From Okamejei kenojei (taxonomy: Eukaryota), in assembly GCA_035221665.1 (NCBI GenBank), contig CM069140.1, forward strand, positions 16,244,001 to 16,308,000: a stretch of DNA of 64,000 bases. The letters are read 5' to 3'. Of this stretch, positions 47,519-59,283 are shown in pieces. The position numbers and the translations under genes are program-made. Position 1 is the first letter of the stretch. Every line of letters begins with the position of its first letter. The notes under the pieces are model-generated. The model was not told where the DNA came from. It saw only the letters and a list, made by a program, of their open reading frames with translations, and did not search any database.

Positions 47519-48655
47519 TCAGCCGGCAATCGCATAGGTCTGTTGAAGTGACCTGCATGGTTTGAGTGCCTGCTCCTTTGCACGTTGTAAATTTTGATAA
47601 TGGAAAGGCCCAAATTTTGCAGCTGGAAAAGCAGCCACTAATTTGCCAATTATACTGGCTACTTGCCGAATAGAAGGTTGCTGCTTCACAATGAGATTGT
47701 TGCAGGCTTCTATTAATTCCAATCTCTTACCCCAAGGCAGAGTTACAGACATGTGAATAGAGTTAATGGTAAATCCCAAATAATCCATAACTCTAGATGG
47801 TGTCAACTTCGATTTAATTGGATGGATGAGAAACCCCAATCTCTCAAATAAGAGTTTGAAGGTTGAAATAGCTAATTTAGCTAACTTCAGAGTTTTTCCT
47901 ATGATTAGGACATCATCCAAATATGCCATCACTATATGATTTTGAGCTCGTAATAGCCCAAGTACTGGTTTCAACAATTTTGTGAATAATCTGGGGACTG
48001 AAGTCAACCCATTAGGCAATGCTTTAAACTGCCATAGTTGCCCCATCCAGATAAATTTCAAATATTTCCGGTGATCCCTATGAATGGGTACCAAATAGTA
48101 TGCATCTTTAAGATCGATGCATGTCATATAACATCCCTTGGAAACCAGTTGTTTGGCAGTAACAAAGTTTTCCTTTTTGAAATGTCTATACTGCACAAAG
48201 AAGTTAAGCCGAGTCAAGTCAAGGATGATTCTGCATCCTCCATCCTTCTTTTGTCTTATAAATATATTGGACACAAATTGGTGAGATTCGTGACTCGACT
48301 TCTCAATTACCCCTTTTGTATATAATGCCTGAATTTCAGCTGGTACATCCAAACCCTCCTGTTGTGAATGAACAAAGGTTCGGTTTGGTGTATGCTGGGT
48401 GGGTGGAAGTGAATCAGAAAGGAATTCAGTTTGGAACCCGTCTATACTGTGCAGTATAACCGAATCTGATGTTATCCAACGCCATTCAATCAAAAACAAG
48501 CGTAATCTCCCACCAACCTGTGACTGACCCACACACCTCATGTTCTGGAAAGAACCAGACCCACCTACCTCCATGGTTACCGGTGGATTCATGGTGTCTA
48601 TTTCCGCCCCCGGTGTTTGGGGGGGTAGAACTGCTGGAGTGCGCGAACTGCGCAT
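47519..48655 (-). pseudogene. DIRS reverse transcriptase
   Basis: KKDGGCRIILDL..IDLKDAY..ALPNGLTSVPRLFTK..AYLDD; frameshifted before RNase H. Confidence 0.9.
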
Positions 48656-49586
48656 TTTCGACGAGGGCCGGCCTGAGCCTTGCCCTAAAAAAGACCTCTG
48701 CCCAAAGCGTTCGGTCTTCGTGCTGCCACCAGTTTCTGTGAGTCGTTTGCTGCCGGTGGAATGACGAAGCTCTATGCGTTGGTGGAGCTCTGATTAGCCC
48801 CACAGCTTTCACCTCGTCATCCAGGTCTTTGACCAGCTTTGGCAGATCTTCCCCAAACAAATAGTTTGGCGGCTGTACGTTACTGGCCCTGCATAATCCC
48901 GTAAATTTGGGATTCAGGACAGGGCGGATGGCATTCTTGCGGAAGCAATTAATCTCAAAATGTGCGTTGCACATTAATGCCAGCGCATCTTGTTGCTCAT
49001 CCGACAGAGAACTTCCATCCACCGACCTGGCAAAGGCCGTGTTAGCAAGTTTCAGGATCCTCTGGAGTTTCACCTCCTGGGTTTTGATGCCCCCACCAAT
49101 GTAACTCCAGATCGAGCTGTTTACAGCCGGCACTCTGAGTGAAGCACAGTTGACAGGCTTATGGTACCTCATGGATGTTTGCACCATTACCAGCTCCTGG
49201 AGCTGATGTGAAGCGAGGTAATTAATGCTGGCCACCAGTTCTTCATCCAGCGGCTCCCCAATTTGCGACGGTATGGCAAATTTAGATACCATAGCAGGCA
49301 ATTCTGCTTCACGCAGCTCGTGCATCAGGGTATGCTCCCCGGACATACCACTGAACTCCAACTCAGCCCAAAACTGACTCCGTATGCTCCCCTCCTCAGA
49401 GAGGGAGACATTATGCAGCCCTACACCAGGCGCTGCCATGGGCCCCCGAGACCCACGCTGATATGACTCCGTCCCCTGGAGTATATCGTGATGAAGTATC
49501 CCTTCCATCAGATGCTCCATCCGGGATAGACGTCCGAAGATGCTACCCAATGTAGGAGGCGACCCCTGCTGGCCTGACTCGTCCAA
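48486..49586 (-). CDS. DIRS ORF1 (gag-like)
   Basis: 366-aa ORF overlapping the 5' end of RT, in the standard DIRS ORF1 position. Confidence 0.7.
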   Translation of the reverse strand: MDESGQQGSPPTLGSIFGRLSRMEHLMEGILHHDILQGTESYQRGSRGPMAAPGVGLHNVSLSEEGSIRSQFWAELEFSGMSGEHTLMHELREAELPAMVSKFAIPSQIGEPLDEELVASINYLASHQLQELVMVQTSMRYHKPVNCASLRVPAVNSSIWSYIGGGIKTQEVKLQRILKLANTAFARSVDGSSLSDEQQDALALMCNAHFEINCFRKNAIRPVLNPKFTGLCRASNVQPPNYLFGEDLPKLVKDLDDEVKAVGLIRAPPTHRASSFHRQQTTHRNWWQHEDRTLWAEVFFRARLRPALVENAQFAHSSSSTPPNTGGGNRHHESTGNHGGRWVWFFPEHEVCGSVTGWWEITLVFD

Positions 49587-52500
49587 GTCGATAGGCCTAT
49601 TGGACTTTTGTTCGGCTTTCCCACCTCTCGGGTAGCCAAGGTGCTCTCCATAGGCACCAAGTCGGAAGTCACTGAAGTAAAATTAACCATTCCTTAGCTC
49701 ACTTGCCTCACTAATAAAAATCCTGCTGTCATTTGTGGTAACCATCTTCGCTATCTATGATACCACCCAGTTTAGTATCATCTGTAAACTTACTATTCAG
49801 TTCTTGCACATCCACATCCAAATCATTGATATAAAGTAACTGCTTGGTGCTTGTTTACTCTCATGGGAGAATATAGAACTGGAGGGACAGAATAAGACGT
49901 TGCCCATTTAAAGTAAGGTTTATGGGGGATTGGGAATACCTCAGAGGGCTTAGGAGGCAGCATCATTGAAGACATTCAAGCCCCAGACTGAAAGATCTTT
50001 GTTCTGTGGGAGAATCAAGGATAATAGAGCACTGGAAATGGGGATTCCTATGGGAAATAGGAAAAATAATTATGGGGCAGCAAAGTAGAGTTGAGGTCAA
50101 GATAAGATGAACCAAAAGAGGAAAGGGGCCTGAAAGGCGGCTGTCTACCCCATTCTACTTCTGGCTTTTCCATTAGCTGTGTTGCGGATACTTATTTCCT
50201 CATTTTCTGCTTTAGGGTTAGCAATATATTAGTTTCGTCCATTCGGCCCACCGAGTCCACACCAGCGATCAATCATCCATTCAAACCAGTTTTGTTTTCC
50301 TACTTTCTCAGCCACTCTCTACACATTGGGAACAATTTTACAGAGGCCAAATAACCTGCAAACGTCTTTGGGATTTGTGAGGAAACTGGAGCACCAGGAG
50401 GAAACCCAAACAGTCACACAGAGACAATACAAACACTGCACAGACACACACAACACAGCAGAGTGAACTACCGTCTACCTCATTGGTGACCCTCGGACTA
50501 TACTTGATCGGACTTTGCTGGCTTTACCTTGCACTAAATGTTATTCCCTTATCATGTATCTATACACTGTAAATGGCTCAATTGTAATAATGTATTGTCA
50601 CTCTTTCTGCATGACTTGGTTAGCAACGCACAGAAGCTAAGACGCCCCGCGTTTCACTGTAACCTCGGCACACGGGAAATAAACTAAGAGTGAGATTGAT
50701 GTGGCCCTTGTGGCTAAGGGGATCAGAGGGTATGGAGAGAAGGCAGGTACGGGATACTGAGTTGGATGACTCAGCCATGATCATATTGAATGGCGGAGCA
50801 GGCTCGAAGGGCTGAAATGGCCTACTCCTGCACTAATTTCTATGTTTCCTAAAGTTCTAAACAGCAGACAGCACTCTAGGTCAGGATAACTGAAACTGGG
50901 AACCTATGTCGCTGTGAGGCCGCACCACCACACTAATCCTGGCCACTGTGCCACCCAAGCACTTACAAACTGGGCTTAATATTGCCTCTCAGCAAGTTGC
51001 ATGTGATAATTCCAATGTCCCAGCGGCTTTAGTAACAATGGCCACGGTACAGAGCTACAGGTGGGAACCAAATCAATGTCAAAGCATATCATCTCACCAA
51101 TGAGTGGTATGCCTCTTTCTTTTCTCTGGTAGTTTGCTTTTGGCATAGATAAGCTTTCTATGATACCATTATCCTCTCGTTTCCTTTTTACCCTTACTTT
51201 TCAATCTAAAAGAAGGATATTGTCCGAAACGTCGACCCATCACTCCGTTCTCTCCAGAGATCTTGGCTGTCCCGCCTAGTTACTCCAGCATTTTATTTCC
51301 TACCCTATTACAATCTCATTCACTGTTCGAGATCGATCCACTATGTTGGTATACAAACAAAGTAAATGTAGTTAGAGCAAATTTAGAAGCAAAAGTATGT
51401 AACCTTATGAAGACTGTATAGACTCGCTTGTACATCGCTGGAATTTTTGAGATTGATGGGGATCTATAGAGACTTACAAAATTCTTAAGGGGTTGGACAG
51501 GCTAAGAAGCAGAAGAATGTTTCTGATGTAGGGGAACTCCAGAACAGGGGTACACAGTTAGGATAAAGGGGAACGTCTTTTAGGACCGAGTATAAGAAGA
51601 TATTTTATCACAACAAAGACGAGAGTTCTGTGGAATTCTCTGCCACAGAAGGTAGTTATGCCAGTTTAATTGGCTATATTTAGAGGAGTTGGGTGTGCAC
51701 ATGTGGCTAAGGGACAGGGGTAATGGAGAGAAGCAGTAACAGGATAACTGATTGATGATCACCATGATCAAATTGAATGGCGGTGCAGCTCGAAGGGCCT
51801 AATGGTGCCTAACTCCTGAATCCATTCTCTATGATTCTATGATTGAATTGAGAGTATTTAGGTACAGGAGTAAGGATGCTTTTCTGCAATTACAAAGATC
51901 TTTAGGAAGACGATACGTGGGCATTGTGTTTCAGTTTTTGTTCCTCTGTAAAAAAAATCAGCATGTTTCAGGAATGGGAAGTTTTCATAGGTGAGGAGAT
52001 ATTGAATAGATTGGCCCTGTTTTTCTCATGAGATTAGAAAAAGAGGATGCAGGATTATTTCCATTCTCCAGAATTTGAATACAGACAACATTAGATAAAT
52101 TTAGGACCTCGATGAGATCAATCAGATATCAAGGGAAGGAAGGGAATTTGAATAGTTCATAAAAATTAGATGGAGTTAGAAGATCGCTAGATCTTGAATG
52201 ATAGCAAGCAGCTCGAAGTGGGCAAATGACCCACTCCTAAAATATTTTCCTTTGAATCTCAAGGCCAGAGAAAATGTACGCTGAGCGTAAGGTGCAGGAC
52301 AATGTGAATAATGCATACCTGTCCCAAAAGAGGTGCATGAAGGCGAGGTACATGGTATTGATCTGACTTATGAGGTGCTCTGAGATAGTTGAAAACGACA
52401 CAGTTGGCTAAATTGACCCCCCCGCCACCCGCCCCCCCAACACCCTGTGATGCATCTAATACGTGTACTTCTATAGTCACTGTGAAACATAAGACGAGGA

Positions 52501-53833
52501 AACTGATGTGGGCATAGGTCAACATTCTGTGATGAGATGTGAAAGTCGAAAAGTAATACCCAATTGTCTCAGCGACAAAAATGAGATGAAAAAGTAAGAA
52601 GAACGATTTGGCAAAATAATTTTAATAGTGACATGAGAGATAACTACACACTCATTCCGTGATTTGCATTTCAAGAGAAAGCTGGAGACATTTGAAATTG
52701 AAGGAAAGATTTGCAAGACAATGGGGAGGAGCAAATGGGATCTAGGGGCCAAAGGATGGCCCTTGGTTTTGTGCTTGGCACCAATCCAATGGTCCGAGTG
52801 ACTCTCGTTCGTGCGAAAATCTTTTTTTTTTTAAGTTACTCTGCGCATCCATAAGTTTCTATGATTTGCAAGATGTGGAATTTGTTAAAAACCTGTTGAA
52901 AAAAATATGTTTTTTTATGTGTGTTTATTTGAACACTGGGATGGACCTTTGCGTAATTCCCTCAGCAATGGGGTCTGGTTGGAATGCTCGCCTGACGCCA
53001 AGGCTCTTCCGGACGGGGTTATAAAGCCCAGGCTCACAGCTCCAGAGCCTGGCGCCTCTTGCAGAAGTGAAGGCAACCTCGGCTTGTGTGTGTGTCCGAG
53101 TGCAGGCTGAACCATGGCGGGAGGGAGATGCGACCCAGCCGCTACAATTACTCTTGCGTTGCTGCTCGCCACAGGTTTCTAATTTATTTTACAGCACTAA
53201 TAATCTGCATTTTCTTCTGATTCGTTCTGTGTTGAATATCAGGCACCAAAGTGTCAATTTTGAATCTGTTTGTTTAAAGAAATAAAGAGGTGAACATTTA
53301 AAGCGTTAAACTTGTAAGCTTTAAAATAATAATAATATTGCCTTTGTGTTGTTTGAAAACGGCAGGATCCGCCTTCAATTTGGAGTTAAACCCGTCTTTT
53401 CGGAGACGTGTGGGCTCGTATCGGGGAATCCTCGCTGGAGTTGCACTGTCTGGCGACGAGCTGCTCGTCTCCGACCTTCATGTGGACAATCGGCACCGAT
53501 AACCCCCTGGGCGGAAGAAGCGCAACTCGGGGCTCGGTGTCCACATTCACCATCTCCGCGGTTACCCCGCAGAACGAACACAAGTACACTTGTTCCGCAA
53601 AATGCGGCGCAGAAGGAAAACGAAAATATGCCAACCTCCAGATATTCTGTGAGTATTAACCCATCTCCTGACTGTAAACTTGTTGCAACTTTGTCCGTCC
53701 AGATAAAAGTTAAAAAAAATACTGGAAACTCTCAACTATTCGTGCAGCCTCCACGAAGAGAGAAATAGAATCTCGACCCGAAATCTCACCCGTTCCTTCG
53801 CTCTCAGAGATGCCGCCTGTCCCGCTGAGTAAA

Positions 53834-54930
53834 GGGGCTGTCTCACTGTGGCGACCTGATCTGCGAGTTAAGAAGCGTGTCTTCGACCTTCAAGCTCGAG
53901 AGCACTCGCCTGGAAAACCTCGAGCTAGATTGACCGTTCTCACCACGAGCTGGATCGACCGACCGCAAACACACACACACTCACACACACCACACACATC
54001 ACTCACACACACACATACTCTCACCACACACACACTCATGATACTCACACACACATCACACTTACTCACACGACAACAACCAAACTCACACACCCACACT
54101 CACACTCATACTCGCACACTCACTACACTCACACACACATCATACTCACACACTCACTCACTGATCACTCACACACTCACACTCACACTCAAAGACACAA
54201 CACTCACTCAACACACACTCATACTCACACACACTCCACTCATCACACTCACACTCACTCACACTCACTCGATACTACACACTCACACTCACACACTCAT
54301 ACTCACACACTCATACTCACACACACTCATACTCCACACACACTCACACTCACACACACTCACACTCACACATTGCAAAGGCGGGGGCCAGGGACAGCGG
54401 GGGAGCACTGTCTGAAATTCACACCCGCGATGAAGAGGAAGGTGAAAGACGGCTGCCACAGTGTACGGTAAGTGCTTTAGAGAGCGCGCGCAGAGGGGGG
54501 TGAGGAGAGAGGAGGAGAAGGAGTGGGGACACTTTTAAGAAGCCAAACAAATTATAATAAAATTAGCGAGGATTTTACCTACCGGTCGGTTTTCCTTAGT
54601 CCTAAAAACTCCAATTTAAATGCCCGGTCAGCGAAGGAGATTTTTGCCCACGGAATGCCCTCCGAGTCCTGTACCAAAAGTGCCCGAACCCCCACTAAAA
54701 AACACTCCACTACCAGTTCAAAAGAACCATGCCGACCCAAAATTTGCTTCGCGGATATTTTTTCCGCGACTAGCTTGAACCACGATTATACTGGAACTTC
54801 CAACGAGCATTGAAGGAGATTCCAGTTACCTCAAAGGACCTTCTAGGACCACGGTGACCATGCTGTCGAGTTAGAGTCGAGGCAAACTTTCTAAACTTGC
54901 AGATTAGGTTGCCACAGTGTGACAGTCCCC
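53834..54930. mobile_element. Harbinger-like TIR element containing a (CA/ACTC)n microsatellite (53970-54372)
   Basis: TIRs ggggctgtctcactgtggcgacct and aggttgccacagtgtgacagtcccc. Confidence 0.6.
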
Positions 54931-54939
54931 CTGCGATTT

Positions 54940-55490
54940 ACTCCTCCCCCCTGCCCCCCCCTCCTTCTCTTCTCCCCCCTCCTCCTCTCCCCCCTCCTCC
55001 TCCTCTCTCCTCTCCCCCCCTCCCCTCCCCCCCCCTCCTCCCCTCCCCCTCCTCGAACCCCCCCCTCCTCCTCCCCCCCTCGCCCATCCTCCCCCTCCTC
55101 CTCCCCCCTCCCTCCTCCCCCCCACCTCCTCCCCCCCTCCTCCTCCCCCCCTCCCTCCCTCCCCCCCCCCCCCCCGTCCTCCTCGCCCCCCTGCTCCCCC
55201 TCCCTCCCCCCCTCCTTCCTCCCCNNNNNNNNNNNNNNNNNNNNNNNNNNNNNNNNNNNNNNNNNNNNNNNNNNNNNNNNNNNNNNNNNNNNNNNNNNNN
55301 NNNNNNNNNNNNNNNNNNNNNNNNNNNNNNNNNNNNNNNNNNNNNNNNNNNNNNNNNNNNNNNNNNCCTCCTCCTGCCCCCCCCTACCTCCGCCCCCCCC
55401 CCTCCACTCCTCCCCCCCTCCTCCCTCACCTGAACTCCCCCCCCTCCCTTCTCACCCCCCACTCTCTCCCCCCCCCACCCCCCCGCCCCC
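54940..55490. repeat. C/T-rich low-complexity tract containing an N gap (55225-55366)
   Basis: (cct)n/poly-C sequence and Ns. Confidence 0.9.
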
Positions 55491-58400
55491 TTCTGTGCAA
55501 ATTAATTCCGCAATATCACCAACCTCTGACCTAAATCGATGGCACCTTGGGCTCTGTACATTCCACCCTGAATGCCTGTTTGATTCCTGAATCCAAGTGT
55601 CGTTTGCAGCATCTGTCCGACACAACACACAATCGTGGAGACAGTGGGCAGTCTGGAAGATAGGAGGCCAGAGAGGCACAAGAGATGTACGTCACCCAAG
55701 TCTACCACCGCTCAATTGGATGTGGATTGGACTGAAAGTAACAACGGTGCTGAAGACCGACAAGCTTCCATGAAAACTTACACAGAGGAAGAAATGGCGA
55801 TGAACTTCACCTATGAACTGACTGCCGAATTGCAGCCTCGGGACAAGAGCTGACATGTCGATGCAATTACCACGGACAACCAACCACGCAAGCCGAGGGA
55901 CTCTAACGTTCCAGGTCACTGTAATTAATGGAGACGAATAAATAACATTGAGAAAGAGTCCCAGTTATAGACGAAGTCTGGACAATGTCTTTGAGTCGCC
56001 CGCCTTAATGATACTGAATGATCCCTTCTCCATCCTACAATGCTCCCACGGAAATTAACATTACTGCGTATCCCCACTGCCACAGGTGAGAGAGGGTCAG
56101 GATGTTTGGCTAACCTTGCTGCAACAGCAACCCCGCTTGCCAGGATTGTTGTGGTAGCAAGTTATCACGCCGGCAACATGGTCAGTCGTGGCGAGGACCG
56201 AGCGATTCTGCACCTTCACCCCCCCAGTGATGTAAACCGTTGTGAAGCCATCAATAAACTGGGACAACCACCAGGGAGGTAATTTCCATGTTCAAGTGTG
56301 CGTGGGTTTTTCACTATTGATAATTTTACTATCAGTGTTAAAGGAAAGACGAGTCAAGCTGGAAAGGTAGCCTCTAGGTCCTGTCCCCACTTGCGAATGC
56401 GTTTTGGCGCGACCAAACCGAAGCGGAGTCACAGCGAAGTTCGCTACTAAGTACACACTGTACGACATTGCGTCATGCATACCATTCAGCTGGGCCAGGA
56501 GGGCGTGCATCGCACAACGTCGGGATGAGACGTCATCACACGTCACACCAGGCGGTGATGACTTCGTGCTACGCCACGCGCTAAGCGTATCGCCGTCAAT
56601 ACGCTGTTGTAATGTACGACGGTCGTGCCCCAAAACAGCTTGTTTGGTGCGCGCGAAGATTTTGGCCATAGCCAGAATTTGCCCGAGATGTCGGACCAGC
56701 CCCGCACAACTCCACGCTTCTAAGTGGGACCGGCCCCCCCACGGCCATACGGTGCCTATACGCCTCAAGCGACCATGAGGTAGCGTAATTTGTGAGCCAA
56801 GGACGCGCAAGTGGGACAGGCCCTTTCAGTTAGGTCGAGGAAAAATGTTAAGCATGTTGAAAAATTTTCCGCGTGTAAAAATTGGTCTGTGTGGTTCTTT
56901 TGAAATCTTAGTGCAGCAGAGTAGGGTCGCTTTGTAGTTACAGGCAGTCGAGGGCAGCCGTAGGCAATCTCCTTTGCTGAGCGGGCATTTTAATTGGCTC
57001 ATTGGAGTTTTCAGGACCAAGGAAAACCGATCGGTAATGTTAAATGCTCGCTAAACGTTATTATGTTGTCTAGCTTCTAAAAAGTGTCCTCCAGTCCTTT
57101 CCCCCCCCCCCCCCCCCACCCTCCACTTTCTCTTATTTTCCCTCCTCTTTCTCTCCCCACCCCCACCCCCCCCCCCGGCTCTTTAGAGGACTACCGTAAC
57201 TGTGCAGCTGACTTTCTTACCTTCTTGTTCAAGTGGGGTGATGTATTTTAGCAACAGCAGCTTCCCCGCTTTCCATTCGTGTGTGGTGATGCAGTGCGCC
57301 TTTGCGAAGTGTTGTGCAGTCGGTCGATGCAGCTCGCGGTTTATAATCATTGACGTTAGTATCCACTCAAGGCGATTTTTTCAGGCGAGTGCCCACGATC
57401 TTGAAAGCGGAAGAACAGTCCCATAGAAAGTGTACGCGTCAGTGGGACAGGCCCTTAACAGACAGGATACATGATAGACTGATTTGGATGGGGACCATGG
57501 AGTTTACTAGTGTAGCTGGGGACAAATGGCTTGGGCAAGTTGGGCTGAAGAGCTGTATTCCACAATGTATCACAATATGACTATGACTCTATTTTATGTT
57601 CTTTGCACTTTGGCAGAACATTTAGCAATTCATTAATTTCTCCATGCTCTCTGTACTCGAGGTATCCCCAGTGACACACCACGTCTCCACCATTCAGCGC
57701 TTCCAGCTGCACAACCCCCAGATCAACAGCACACACTCAGGTTTCAAGGTTCGACATCGGGTTTGGTGCCGGATGGCAGCTTCGCCAAAAGTCCGTTCCT
57801 TTCGTCTTTTTGTTAGTTAGTAGTGTTATTTAAAAGTATTTGTGTTAATGTACTATGTTTGTTATTATTTGGGGAGTGGGTGGTCGGGGAAAACATTTTA
57901 GCACAATAGACAATAGTTGCAGGAGCGGGCAATTTGGCCCTTCGAGTCAGCATCGCCATTCAATGTGATCATGGAGATCATCTACAACCAGTAATCCCGT
58001 TCCTGCCTTCTCCCCATATCCCCTTAGCTCCGCTAATTTTTAAGACCCTATCTTAGCTCTCTCCTCTGTAACATCCAAGAACCTCCTCCACCGCCCTCTG
58101 AGGTAGAGAATCCACAGACTCACTACCTTGTGAGAAAAAGTGGTTTCCTCCTAGCCTCCGTTCTAAAATTCTGCTCTTATTCTTAAACTGTGGCCCCTGG
58201 TTCTGGACTTCCCCCAACATTGGGAACATGTTTCCTGCCTCTAGTGTGTCCAAGCTCTTAACAATCTTATATGTTTCAATGAGATCCCCTCTCATCCTTC
58301 AAAACTCAGGAGTGAATCAACCCAGCTTGAGCTCCATTCGTCATCAAGCCATAGTCCCGCCATCCCGCAATTAACGTTCAAAACGCTTAGCTTGCCAGAT

Positions 58401-59283
58401 ATGCGATTGTTTTCCGGGTCGTCTCTCTGGTCACTCTGAAGCCTAACATCATGGAGCTGGAGGTATGGACACCATCAGAGCTGATTCCTTGCCTCGGATT
58501 GACGCTCCAATCCACGGCCTGTGGACTTTAACATCAAGGGCTTGTAGATCCTCGGAGAGACCAGTCGGGAAGCTCCAGAAACCGCGAAACGACGTGTCGA
58601 ACTAGCCCCCGACCGAGAGGTGAGGTCCGATCGCCCGCCCGGCGCGCTGGTGTCAACTGACATCTTCCCGACAAGAGCTTGATAAATCGCCCCGACGCGG
58701 AGGGTCCCACCGCCGCTACTGGAGTCAAGAATCGTTCCCGTCAACGGAAGGTGTAAAAGGCCCCCGACAGCTCGGGAGACAAAGAGGAAGTGATCAAACT
58801 TTTTGTGCTTTTCCATCAATACACGTAGTCCGTCACAGTGAGGAGTCACCATGTGGTTGATATTTATGTTCAAATGTCTATTTGCTTTAATTTTAGTTGC
58901 TTTTTATTAGAATGACTGTACGGCAAATCAAAATTCCACTATGTTACAATATATATATCCTTGGCTAATAAAGTAAGTATGAATATGTGTATGTATGGAA
59001 ATTAATGGGAAATATACAGGAACTGAATCATTATAATTTGCAATAATCTATGATTGTAACAATCATTAATAGATATCATGGGATGTATGGATCGGGTAGA
59101 TGCACATAGCCTCTTGCCCAGAGTTGGTGAATCAAGGACCTGAGGACAAAGGTTGAAGGTGAAGGGGAAAAGATTTAAGAGTAATCTCAGGGGTAACTTT
59201 TTCACACCAAGGGTGGTGGGTGTATGGAACAAGCTGCTAGAGGAGATAGTTGAGGCAGGGACTATCCCAACATTTAAGAAACA

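Larger units (their letters stand above)
38895..49690 (-). mobile_element. Outer DIRS1-type tyrosine-recombinase retrotransposon (5' end missing), split by a nested element
   Basis: Contains gag-like ORF, RT, RNase H, MT and YR. The right terminal repeat starts at 38895 and the internal complementary region is at ~39218-39320. Confidence 0.9.

Noticed and set aside
53810-55590. His/Thr-rich and Pro-rich ORFs
   Set aside because: They arise from (CA)n and poly-C/CT tracts and span an N gap.
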